Part shown: positions 10,394-19,425 of the stretch, piece after piece
Layout of the letters: each line of letters begins with the position of its first letter
How positions within the stretch are numbered: the first letter of the stretch is position 1
The notes under the pieces: generated by a model
Database searches by the model: none
Seen by the model: the letters and a program-made list of their open reading frames with translations, nothing else
Told to the model about the DNA's origin: nothing
Program-made: the position numbers and the translations under genes
Origin: an uncultured Pelagibacteraceae bacterium
GTDB lineage: Bacteria; Pseudomonadota; Alphaproteobacteria; Pelagibacterales; Pelagibacteraceae
Assembly: GCA_902631595.1 (NCBI GenBank)
Contig: CACOZH010000003.1
Location: 8,763-72,762 of the forward strand
DNA: 64,000 bases
Reading direction: 5' to 3'

Positions 10394-11485
10394 TTATTTA
10401 ATTGCTTGTAGTTTTGCAATTCTTTTTTTATTCCAATTTGAGATAAATCTTCTTACACCGGCGGCACCTACTCCCAGTATGATTGCAAGAACAACTGAGG
10501 TTAATCCATAAAATACCGGAAGATCTTTTGAATAATTTAATATAAATTTAGCTAATGTTCCTAAATTTTGAACTCCATTGTTTGCAATAGTTATAACGGT
10601 ATCTTCACTAATAAATGTATCGTAAGCAATTGCAATACCAATACATAGTATTAATACAGCTAAAATTGTTTTAAATTGTGAACTGTCAATTTTTTCTCCC
10701 ATTTTTTGCCCTACCTGAACACCAACTATTGAACCTAAAATTAATATAGTAACTAAAACTAAATCTATAGTTCCATAGTTAAATGCATGTAAGACTGTAA
10801 CAATTGCGCTCACAAATATTGTTACAAATAAAGAAGTACCTGGAATAAGTTTAGTTGGCATACCAATTATATAAATCATGGCTGGTACTAATATAAAAGC
10901 ACCACCAACACCCATTATAGCTGCAATGTAACCAACAATCATTCCTATTATTATTGGTGTAAAAATGCTTTCGTAAACTTTTGATTTTTTAAATCTCATT
11001 CTAAATGGTAGTCCGTGTATCCAATAATGAGAATGTAACTTTTTCCTTTCAACTATTTTTTTTCTAGCTTTATCGATTTCGGAAACACCTTGTATAAGCA
11101 TAAAAGTCCCCAGAATTGCTAATACATACATGTATGCTAATGAAATAACTTCATTTATTTTTCCAATATCTTTTAAGTATGTGAATGTAATTATTCCTAA
11201 CAAAGTTCCAAATGTACCTCCAATTACAATCATAAAGCCCATTTTATAATCTAAAGTTCCTTTTAAATAATGGGTTGTAGATCCTGATACGGACGTCCCT
11301 AAAATATTGCTTGCTTCATTGGGCACTGCATACGCTGGCGGTATCCCTAAAAAAATTAAGAATGGTGTCATTAAAAAGCCACCTCCTACTCCAAAAAGAC
11401 CTGAAAGCACTCCTACAAATAAACTTAGGATAAAAATAAAAGCAATATTAATTTCAACTTGGGCTATTGGAAGAAAATATTCCAT
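10394..11485 (-). CDS. tauE: TauE/SafE family sulfite exporter
   Basis: Repeated SGLFGVGGGFLMTP and AAIMGVGGAFILVP motifs, multiple TM helices. Confidence 0.82.
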   Translation of the reverse strand: MEYFLPIAQVEINIAFIFILSLFVGVLSGLFGVGGGFLMTPFLIFLGIPPAYAVPNEASNILGTSVSGSTTHYLKGTLDYKMGFMIVIGGTFGTLLGIITFTYLKDIGKINEVISLAYMYVLAILGTFMLIQGVSEIDKARKKIVERKKLHSHYWIHGLPFRMRFKKSKVYESIFTPIIIGMIVGYIAAIMGVGGAFILVPAMIYIIGMPTKLIPGTSLFVTIFVSAIVTVLHAFNYGTIDLVLVTILILGSIVGVQVGQKMGEKIDSSQFKTILAVLILCIGIAIAYDTFISEDTVITIANNGVQNLGTLAKFILNYSKDLPVFYGLTSVVLAIILGVGAAGVRRFISNWNKKRIAKLQAIK

Positions 11486-11541
11486 AAGAACTATTAGTTA
11501 CTTCGTACTCCTATGAATAATGATTGTCAACTGATTGATAA

Positions 11542-11688
11542 CTAAATTTTGAAGAATGTAGTAAAAATTATTGCAGCCCAATATAATCCCAGGGCAAAAA
11601 AAAGAATTTCTTTTGTATGATTTAAAAAAAAAGTTTTTGGTATTGCTTTTGATATTTTTTTTGTATTTTTAAATATAAAAGCATACAT
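11542..11688 (-). CDS. Possible small single-TM protein (48 aa)
   Basis: Manual translation MYAFIFKNTKKISKAIPKTFFLNHTKEILFFALGLYWAAIIFTTFFKI; same strand as neighbours, fills the gap. Confidence 0.45.
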   Translation of the reverse strand: MYAFIFKNTKKISKAIPKTFFLNHTKEILFFALGLYWAAIIFTTFFKI

Positions 11689-11738
11689 ATACGCCAATTA
11701 ACAAAAATCTGTATGTTTGCAAGTAAATTTTTTAAACT

Positions 11739-12089
11739 TTAAAAAATAGTTGCTCCAAAGACTTTGACTTCATCGCCCTCAAGCCCAATTACTAATCTTC
11801 CAAGAAAATCACCAGCAATCTTTGTGCTTGTTTGCTTATATAGAATTGTAACATAATCTCCTCTTCTTAAGCATCCGATAGGCTTACATCCCTCTGATAG
11901 GCTTGAAATTAGTTTATTGCTAGCCCATTGTTTGCCAAGTTCTACCTCATTTGCTCCGTATAACATTTGGGAAGATAAATCTTTAGTAAAGCCACCATAA
12001 TCCTTAATATTTGATGATCTAACTAAATTATTCCAAATAGGGTCTGCTATCTTGATTATTTCCTCGTCAGATTTAGACGTAAGTGACAT
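11739..12089 (-). CDS. Hypothetical protein (DUF3887/NTF2-like fold suspected)
   Basis: 116-aa ORF 15 bp downstream of aprA; helix-rich N-half, beta-rich C-half ending VKVFGATIF. Confidence 0.7.
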   Translation of the reverse strand: MSLTSKSDEEIIKIADPIWNNLVRSSNIKDYGGFTKDLSSQMLYGANEVELGKQWASNKLISSLSEGCKPIGCLRRGDYVTILYKQTSTKIAGDFLGRLVIGLEGDEVKVFGATIF

Positions 12090-12104
12090 AAAATTAAATG
12101 AGAT

Positions 12105-13964
12105 TTAAGAAGCTTGTTTTTTTTCTTTATCGTCAACAATGTGATAAACTGGTTTCTTTTCTAGAGTAAATTTGCCGGTTTCAGGATCTCTTTGGGATAC
12201 TGTTAAGCAATGCCAATTTTCGTCATCTAGCTTCATATGATCTCCACGATAATAGTATCCAGGCCATCTTGTTTCTTCTCTAAATAATGTGTGTTCTGTA
12301 ACACATTGAGAAGTAATGGCTCTATGCTTAAGTTCCCAAGCCCTCATCAATTGATGATAATCTTCGGCTGCCACATGTTCGAGATCTTCCTGTAATAAAT
12401 CTAATTGTTGTAGTCCTTTTTTTAATAAATTATCATTTGTCATATAATTATTTGTTAGACCGCCACAATATTCGTCCATAATTTTTTGTAGTCTTTGCAA
12501 ACCTTGAATTGGTAAAATATAACTTGGAGATACTGTACCTCCAGTAATTTCGTTTCTTCCAACAGTGTAATTTTCTAAAGGTTTAAATATTGCTTCTTTT
12601 AAATTTTCGTATTGCTGGTCTGAAACTTCTATGTTGTTTGCTTTTTTGTCATAAATATATTTAACTGCGGCTTTCGCGGCCAATCTTCCCTCTGTAAAAG
12701 ATCCCGAAGAAAATTTATGTGCACTGCCACCTACTGTGTCGCCTGCGCCAAACAAACCTTCAATTGATAACATTCTGTTATAACCCCAGAAATATTCATC
12801 TGGTGCAATATCTTCTGGTCCACTAACCCACGCACCTGAACAAGTTGCATGGGAACCCATTACGTAAGGTTCAGAAGTTGTTAATTCTGGATTGGTGTAT
12901 TTAGGATCTATATTTTGAGATGCCCAAACAACAGCTTGACCTACTGTCATACCTAAGAAATTTTCCCAACCAACAGTTTCTAGGTGTGGATCTTGAAAAG
13001 CCTCTTTAGTTACCATATGAATAGGTCCACCGCCTGCAGCTGTTTCTTGAATAAATGCATGATTTCTTAAACAAGTTGGCGTTGGATGATGATCTATATA
13101 TTCTCCAACTAATTTTTTTGTAGCTTCATACCATTTCTTTTCATAGTTTTCTCCGTTGGCATTTTGTGTATAAGTTTTTAAATGTAAAAAATATGCGCCA
13201 ACTGGACCATAACCATCTTTAAATCTACATAGAACTATCCTATTTTCCATTTGAGTCATTTTAGCACCAGCTTGAATTGGAAGTGCGTAAGCTGAACCAT
13301 TGCTCCAAGGTGCATACCAAGTTCTTCCCATTCCTTCACCAACTGCTCTAGGCTTAAAAATGTGTGATGCTCCACCTGCTGAAATAATTACCGCTTTTGC
13401 TTTAAATACATGAAAGTTTCCAGTTCTTACATTAAATCCAACTGCTCCTGCTATTCTATTTGCGTCTTTTTCATCTCTTAAAAGATGAGTTATCATTATT
13501 CTATTATATATTTTATCTGCAGATTTCTTTGCAGCTTCAGCAACTATTGGTTTATAACTTTCGCCATGTATCATTATTTGCCACTTACCTTCTCTTTGGT
13601 ATCTTCCAGTAGCTTTATTTCTCATCATAGGTAAGCCCCACTCATCAAACATATGTACAGTAGAGTCGACATGACGAGCCATGTCATAACCTAAATCTTC
13701 TCTTACTAATCCCATGAGATCATTTCTTGCGTATCTCACATGATCCTCAGGCATATTCTCACCCCATTGCATTCCCATATAACAATTGATTGCGTATAAA
13801 CCTTGGGCTACAGCTCCGCTCCTATCAATATTGGCTTTTTCAACACAAATAATTTTTAAATCTCTTCCCCAATGTCTCGCTTCAAAGGTGGCCCCTGTAC
13901 CAGCCATTCCTCCACCAATAACTAGGACGTCACAATCTTCAACAATTGTTTTATGTTTTGCCAT
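12105..13964 (-). CDS. aprA: Adenylylsulfate (APS) reductase alpha subunit
   Basis: GGGMAG FAD motif, RSGAVAQGLYAINCY, WQIMIHGESYKPIVAE, HKFSSGS, REETRWPGYYYR. Confidence 0.98.
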   Translation of the reverse strand: MAKHKTIVEDCDVLVIGGGMAGTGATFEARHWGRDLKIICVEKANIDRSGAVAQGLYAINCYMGMQWGENMPEDHVRYARNDLMGLVREDLGYDMARHVDSTVHMFDEWGLPMMRNKATGRYQREGKWQIMIHGESYKPIVAEAAKKSADKIYNRIMITHLLRDEKDANRIAGAVGFNVRTGNFHVFKAKAVIISAGGASHIFKPRAVGEGMGRTWYAPWSNGSAYALPIQAGAKMTQMENRIVLCRFKDGYGPVGAYFLHLKTYTQNANGENYEKKWYEATKKLVGEYIDHHPTPTCLRNHAFIQETAAGGGPIHMVTKEAFQDPHLETVGWENFLGMTVGQAVVWASQNIDPKYTNPELTTSEPYVMGSHATCSGAWVSGPEDIAPDEYFWGYNRMLSIEGLFGAGDTVGGSAHKFSSGSFTEGRLAAKAAVKYIYDKKANNIEVSDQQYENLKEAIFKPLENYTVGRNEITGGTVSPSYILPIQGLQRLQKIMDEYCGGLTNNYMTNDNLLKKGLQQLDLLQEDLEHVAAEDYHQLMRAWELKHRAITSQCVTEHTLFREETRWPGYYYRGDHMKLDDENWHCLTVSQRDPETGKFTLEKKPVYHIVDDKEKKQAS

Positions 13965-14434
13965 TAATAATAGACGCCTTGTTTAAAAGCACTTTTATCT
14001 AAAGTTGGTAATTCTTTTTCAGTATTTAAACCATGAGGTTCATTGTAAAGAATCTGAGAATTTATCTCACCTTGGTTTGGTGTGTCTGCCTCTGCAAGTT
14101 TTGGGATAAACTTTCCCCAAGGTTTTGTTGTAATTGGTGAAACAAAGTTTTTTTCTGTTCCATTTCTAAATTTAATTCTCCAAGATATAGTTCCCTTTTC
14201 CTCTTCTCGTCTTACTCTTACACTATGTCCCATTGGAGCAAAGTCAGCATAACCTCTTACATCTATAGCATGATTTGGACATGCTTTTACACAAGAGTAA
14301 CACTCCCAACAAAAATTTGGTTCGATATTTTTTGCTCTTCTTATAGTTTCGTCGATGTGCATTATGTCTGAAGGACATATATCTACGCAATGTCCACATC
14401 CATCACATCTGGTCATATATACAAAAGTCGACAT
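13964..14434 (-). CDS. aprB: APS reductase beta subunit (2x[4Fe-4S])
   Basis: CDGCGHCVDICP and CWECYSCVKACP, VRGYADF. Confidence 0.98.
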   Translation of the reverse strand: MSTFVYMTRCDGCGHCVDICPSDIMHIDETIRRAKNIEPNFCWECYSCVKACPNHAIDVRGYADFAPMGHSVRVRREEEKGTISWRIKFRNGTEKNFVSPITTKPWGKFIPKLAEADTPNQGEINSQILYNEPHGLNTEKELPTLDKSAFKQGVYY

Positions 14435-14461
14435 AATTTATTTTCCTTTTATAGTTTATAG

Positions 14462-15256
14462 TTAGTAATGTCTAGGCTGTTCTCTCTTAATACCCAAACC
14501 AAATTCCTCCGGTGCATCTGCTGGTGGTGGCAAGTTGTCTCTAGATCCATCAGCTTCAGCTAAATTTTTTTGTATTGCCGCTCCTGGCTTGTAAAACATA
14601 TGAGCAAATTTAGACCAATACACTCCTCCAAATAGAACAAGATTTGAAATTGCAAACAATCCTAAAAAAAAAGTATCCCATCCATTGTAACCTGAAAATT
14701 GTAAATACGACCAAGCGAGTCCTAATGTTGACGATAACACTAGTGCTAAAACAAATAAGTCTGCTTGAATTAGTCTAAAAACAGAATGAGCTTCTGCTGA
14801 AACATCTACTCTTAAAAAAAACCAAAACCAATATCCTCCTACACAAGTTAATATTGCACCAACATGCCAAATTATTGGCCAAACATTTGGAGTTGATACA
14901 TAAGGAGATGAATAAACAAAAATCATTACTGCCGATCCTAACCAAAACAATATAGTGCCATACATTCCAAGAACATGAGCAAGTCGTCTTTTTCCTAATC
15001 CAAGCTCTGAAGTTGTTCCAATGTCATGAACTATAGTTTTTGAGATAATTGCAGTTTTTTCACCTATGCCTAATTCTCTATTTGCAGATTTTTTTGCTTT
15101 TTTGGCATTATTAAAAAAATATTTAACATTTTTTTTATGAATTATATCCATCACTGTTCCAACAACTACTAGTCCTAACATTAACAAAGCAAAGCCTTGA
15201 AGAACAATTGGTGGCACTGAAGCTGATAGCTCTGCAAATGGATTGGTTGTGAACAT
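14462..15256 (-). CDS. aprM: APS reductase membrane anchor AprM
   Basis: Multi-TM protein with AHVLGMYG and WSKFAHMFYKP directly upstream of aprBA; ATG start MFTTNPF preferred. Confidence 0.9.
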   Translation of the reverse strand: MFTTNPFAELSASVPPIVLQGFALLMLGLVVVGTVMDIIHKKNVKYFFNNAKKAKKSANRELGIGEKTAIISKTIVHDIGTTSELGLGKRRLAHVLGMYGTILFWLGSAVMIFVYSSPYVSTPNVWPIIWHVGAILTCVGGYWFWFFLRVDVSAEAHSVFRLIQADLFVLALVLSSTLGLAWSYLQFSGYNGWDTFFLGLFAISNLVLFGGVYWSKFAHMFYKPGAAIQKNLAEADGSRDNLPPPADAPEEFGLGIKREQPRHY

Positions 15257-15349
15257 AGATTTTCTCCGCAATTTTTATAAAGTTTTAGTATAGATAGTTT
15301 AATAGATCAACTGCGATAATGAAGCTTTTATGAGTTTTTAAACAACTTT

Positions 15350-15751
15350 TTATTTGTTTTTTCTTGTATAGTGTTGCTTTGATCCTATTACAGACCTTAC
15401 GCCACCCTGAGGATTTTCTACATCACCTTCTCTTCTTGGAATCAGATGTATATGACAATGCATAATCGATTGGCCTGCAACTTTTCCAGCATTAGTTCCT
15501 AAATTGAAGCCTTTTACTGAAAGATCTTCGTTTAAAATCTTCTCTTTTGTCAGAAGTACTAATTCATTACAAGCTATAAGTTCGGCTTCGGTTAATTCAA
15601 AATAATTTTCAATATGTCTTTTTGGAACTATTAAACTATGAAATTTAGAAACTGGAAAACTATCAACCGATGAATATGCAAATTCATTTTCAAAATGAAT
15701 TTCTTTTTTATTTACTTTACAAAATATACATGGGTTGTTTGGGTCTTTCAT
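15350..15751 (-). CDS. HIT-family nucleotide hydrolase/transferase
   Basis: PCIFC zinc motif, HSLIVPKRH, AGQSIMHCHIHLIPR histidine triad. Confidence 0.93.
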   Translation of the reverse strand: MKDPNNPCIFCKVNKKEIHFENEFAYSSVDSFPVSKFHSLIVPKRHIENYFELTEAELIACNELVLLTKEKILNEDLSVKGFNLGTNAGKVAGQSIMHCHIHLIPRREGDVENPQGGVRSVIGSKQHYTRKNK

Positions 15752-15752
15752 A

Positions 15753-16496
15753 TTATGATAGAGAATTATATATTTTATTTAATTTGTTGTAACAAATTAT
15801 TTTTCTACGTTTCCAATTTAATTCATCAATTTTTGAAACAGATGTAACACCTTTTCCAGATCCAATTAATATTATTTCATCATAATCATTTAAATCATTT
15901 ATTAAAATATCTTTGAGGAATATTTTTACTTTTTTGCTTAAAAATTTAATCGTATTTCCAAAGTAACAATTATTTTTTGGTGAAAATATTTTATTATTTT
16001 TAACAAAAACTAAGTTTGATGTACCTGTTTCTAAAATTTTTTTATTACTAACTAACGCAATATCATGTCCACTCGAGTCTACTTTACTCAGTTTAGCTAT
16101 AATTTTTTTATAGTACAAATTTTTATGAGTTGGCTCAATTCTTTTATATTTAAATAATAATAGTTTAAAATTTTTTTTCAGTTTTGGCCTTTTTCGTATA
16201 GATATAGAAATTAATTTTTTATTAAGCGCAATCCTGAGTAAATTATCTGGACCTTTGTATATATTGTTTTTGCCAATGAGGCCTTCTATGATTTTTTTAA
16301 GGTTTTTTTTTCTTATTCCGTATTTTTTTGTAGATTTAATTAAATTTTCTATATGTGATTTTAATAATATTATTCGAGGAGGCCTACCAATCACTCTCAT
16401 AGTTGTAAATACACCTTTTGAACCCCAAAGGTCTTTGAATGGAACTTCTTTAAGGTTATTAAGCTGATAAGATTTTTTTAATAAGAATGTCACCAT
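15753..16496 (-). CDS. pabC: Class IV PLP enzyme, probable 4-amino-4-deoxychorismate lyase
   Basis: GVFTTMR, HIENL, ILETGTSNL motifs; follows pabB/pabA. Confidence 0.75.
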   Translation of the reverse strand: MVTFLLKKSYQLNNLKEVPFKDLWGSKGVFTTMRVIGRPPRIILLKSHIENLIKSTKKYGIRKKNLKKIIEGLIGKNNIYKGPDNLLRIALNKKLISISIRKRPKLKKNFKLLLFKYKRIEPTHKNLYYKKIIAKLSKVDSSGHDIALVSNKKILETGTSNLVFVKNNKIFSPKNNCYFGNTIKFLSKKVKIFLKDILINDLNDYDEIILIGSGKGVTSVSKIDELNWKRRKIICYNKLNKIYNSLS

Positions 16497-17016
16497 TTTC
16501 TGTTAAAAAAGATTCTGGATGAAATTGAAAACCATAAATTTTATTTTCATTATCCTCCAGGCCCATTGGTATTTTTGTTTCGAAGCATCTCATGGTTATT
16601 TTAATCGAATTTGATTTAAATGGCTCCATTAATTTTAATGAGTGATATCTTCCTACTGTAAAATTTTGAACCTTTTTAAATATTTTACTTTGATTATTAG
16701 TCCTTATTTTGGATTGAAATCCATGATATATTTTTTTTTGTTGTACAATCTTGCCACCTTCATTATGTAATATCATTTGATATCCAAGACATATGCCTAT
16801 AATTTTTTTTTGGCCTTTGTATTTTTTATAAATTTTTGATGATAAGGGATAATCTTTTGGCGATCCAGGACCAGGGGATAAAACAATTACATCACTTTTG
16901 TTGAGCATTTTATTGTTAATCTCAAAGTAGTTGGTACAAACAACTTTATCAAATTTAGAAAATTGATGCACGACATTCCATGTAAATGAGTCTTGGTGAT
17001 CTATAATATATATCAT
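16459..17016 (-). CDS. pabA: Aminodeoxychorismate/anthranilate synthase component II (glutamine amidotransferase)
   Basis: IDHQDSFTWN, LSPGPGSP, GICLGYQ, GRYHSL, GFQFHPES. Confidence 0.88.
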   Translation of the reverse strand: MIYIIDHQDSFTWNVVHQFSKFDKVVCTNYFEINNKMLNKSDVIVLSPGPGSPKDYPLSSKIYKKYKGQKKIIGICLGYQMILHNEGGKIVQQKKIYHGFQSKIRTNNQSKIFKKVQNFTVGRYHSLKLMEPFKSNSIKITMRCFETKIPMGLEDNENKIYGFQFHPESFLTENGDILIKKILSA

Positions 17017-18239
17017 TTATATAACTCTAATAAAGATTTTGCCTTTATATAGTTTTCATTGAATTCTTTTTTTGGAGAACTATCTAAAACAACTCCCGAT
17101 GCAGCAGAAATTTCTGATCTGTTTTTGAAGTTTAAAATAGATCTAATTATAATATTAAATTTCATATCTTGATTAAATTTAATAAATCCAAAACTCCCCG
17201 TAAAAATATTTCTACTCTCTTTTTCCTGATTATTTAAAAGTTGCAATGTTCTTATTTTAGGACATCCGATCACTGATCCACCGGGCATCATTGCTTTTAT
17301 GATATCTATTAGTTTTGTATTTCTGTTTAAAATACCACCAATTGAAGTTACGTAATGAAAAAGATGTTTGTATTCTTCTACATATTTTTTTTTTATTATT
17401 TTTACACTTCCAGTCTTACATATTTTTGACAAATCACTTCTTTCCATATCCACAATCATATTATGTTCTTTAGTCTCCTTTTCATTATTTTTGAAATATT
17501 TAAGCGCAAATGACTTATTTATTGAATAATTTTTCTTTAAAGTTCCAGCTATTGGTTTGGTAATAATTGTATTTTTTTTTTTATCAATTAACGTCTCTGG
17601 AGAACAACTTACAATAGAATAGTCTTTATCTTTAATCATAAAAGACTCGGGAGATGCATTCACTTTCATTAATTTCCAAAAAAAATTTACAGGATTTATA
17701 AGTGATTTATTTTTATATTTAGTACAAATTTTAATTTGATAAGTTTCTCCTTGTCTAATTTTTTTGGAAAAAAGGTCGAAAATTTTTTTATATTTTTGAT
17801 AAGATATATTTATCTTAAATGGACTTAATATTTTTGTTTTATTAAATTGAATATTAAATTTTTTTTTTTTTATATTTGTTAAAATTTTTATATCTTTTCT
17901 TATTTTAATAACTGTTTCTGGTTTATAAAAAATACCTTTATAAAAATTTATTCTTTTTTTATCTTTGATATTTATATCTATTAGATTACATAACAACTCA
18001 TACCCAAAAAAGCCTAAATATAAATCAGTTTCTTTACGATATTTTTTTCTTTTGAATGATTGTAAAAAATTTTTTACATTTTTTTTTGTTAAAATAATTT
18101 TTTTTGAAAAATCGGTGTATATATTATAACCACCATTTACCTTATAAATTATGATAGGTTTATCAGACTGATAAAGCTTATCTAGATATGGATTAAATTT
18201 TAAATTATGCTGTTTGTGGTCTTTCAATTGCTCTCTCAA
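17013..18239 (-). CDS. pabB: Aminodeoxychorismate synthase component I (chorismate-binding); start uncertain
   Basis: GETYQI, SCSPE, TKPIAGT, KETKEHNMIVDMERSDL, PGGSVIGCPK. Confidence 0.85.
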   Translation of the reverse strand: MREQLKDHKQHNLKFNPYLDKLYQSDKPIIIYKVNGGYNIYTDFSKKIILTKKNVKNFLQSFKRKKYRKETDLYLGFFGYELLCNLIDINIKDKKRINFYKGIFYKPETVIKIRKDIKILTNIKKKKFNIQFNKTKILSPFKINISYQKYKKIFDLFSKKIRQGETYQIKICTKYKNKSLINPVNFFWKLMKVNASPESFMIKDKDYSIVSCSPETLIDKKKNTIITKPIAGTLKKNYSINKSFALKYFKNNEKETKEHNMIVDMERSDLSKICKTGSVKIIKKKYVEEYKHLFHYVTSIGGILNRNTKLIDIIKAMMPGGSVIGCPKIRTLQLLNNQEKESRNIFTGSFGFIKFNQDMKFNIIIRSILNFKNRSEISAASGVVLDSSPKKEFNENYIKAKSLLELYK

Positions 18240-19425
18240 TAATAGGTAAGTGTATCAAACCTGCAAAAATTGATAATGCGATAGAAACGTACCACGCATA
18301 ATCAAAGTTACCATTTAACTCATAAAATACTCCACCAAGATAAGCTCCCAGAAATGAGCCAATTTGATGGCTAACAAATACTATTCCATATAGAAGTCCT
18401 ACATATTTTGTTCCAAATATATGACCAACGATCCCGTTTGTTGGTGGTACTGTTGACAACCATAAAAATCCAAAAGTTATTCCAAATATTATTGAGTTAA
18501 AAATACTGGGAGGAAGAAATATAAAATAAATTATTGATAAACCTCTTAACAGGTAAATAGCACTTAAAATTTTCTTTTTACTATACCTGGTTGACAAATA
18601 ACCACTCGTTATCGTCCCTACCATATTAAAAATACCAATAAGAGCTAAAATCATGGCCGCTGTCCAGTCAGGCATACCTTTATCCATCATATATGTTGGA
18701 ATATGAGTGGCTACTAAAGCAATATGCCAACCACAAACAAAAAATCCTAATGTTAAATAAATAAAACTTTTATTTGCAAAAGCCTCTTTTAGGGCTTCAG
18801 TGGCCGTTTGTTTGTTGTTTTGATCAACACCGACTGGTATTTTGGGAGTGCTTACAAATAAAGCAACTACAAGTCCTAATCCTAGAAGCAAACAAAAATA
18901 TAATAATGTATTTTCCCAACCAGTCTCAATTAATGAATACCTAACTAATAGAGGTGATACGAAATAACCAAATGAACCCGCACAAGTAACTATGCCTGTG
19001 GCTATTGTTCTGTTTGATGCGGGAAAGTGTTTTGCCACAACAGAGACTGGAATTCCAATAGCTGTTGAGCCTAAACCTACCCCAATCAAAACTCCAATTG
19101 TTAAAGTAAAGTAATGTCCAGTATTAAAACCTGAGTAAAAAAGCAATACTCCAGCTAGGTAAAGTAAAAAACCTAAAAAAATTGCAATAGCTCCCCCATA
19201 TTTGTCAGTTATTACTCCAAATACTGGACTAAAAACTCCCCAAAGCAATAATTGCAAACCCATTGCAAATCCAAAATGTGAAATTGAAATATCCAAGTCA
19301 ACATTAAAATCAAAAAAGAAAAGTCCAAAGGTTTGTCTAATTCCTAAAGAAATGATTACAATTAACGATGCTGCAATCAAGGTTATAAGGGCTTTTTTGC
19401 TGATTACAAAACTTTCATCTCTCAT
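18205..19425 (-). CDS. MFS transporter
   Basis: About 12 TM helices, GIRQTFGLF, GVITDKYG, FFVCGWH, SHQIGSFLG. Confidence 0.9.
   Translation of the reverse strand: MRDESFVISKKALITLIAASLIVIISLGIRQTFGLFFFDFNVDLDISISHFGFAMGLQLLLWGVFSPVFGVITDKYGGAIAIFLGFLLYLAGVLLFYSGFNTGHYFTLTIGVLIGVGLGSTAIGIPVSVVAKHFPASNRTIATGIVTCAGSFGYFVSPLLVRYSLIETGWENTLLYFCLLLGLGLVVALFVSTPKIPVGVDQNNKQTATEALKEAFANKSFIYLTLGFFVCGWHIALVATHIPTYMMDKGMPDWTAAMILALIGIFNMVGTITSGYLSTRYSKKKILSAIYLLRGLSIIYFIFLPPSIFNSIIFGITFGFLWLSTVPPTNGIVGHIFGTKYVGLLYGIVFVSHQIGSFLGAYLGGVFYELNGNFDYAWYVSIALSIFAGLIHLPIIERAIERPQTA

Noticed and set aside
12105-15256. Evidence of dissimilatory sulfate reduction
   Set aside because: AprM anchor rather than Qmo, no sat or dsr in the window, aerobic heterotroph context; oxidative direction is more likely
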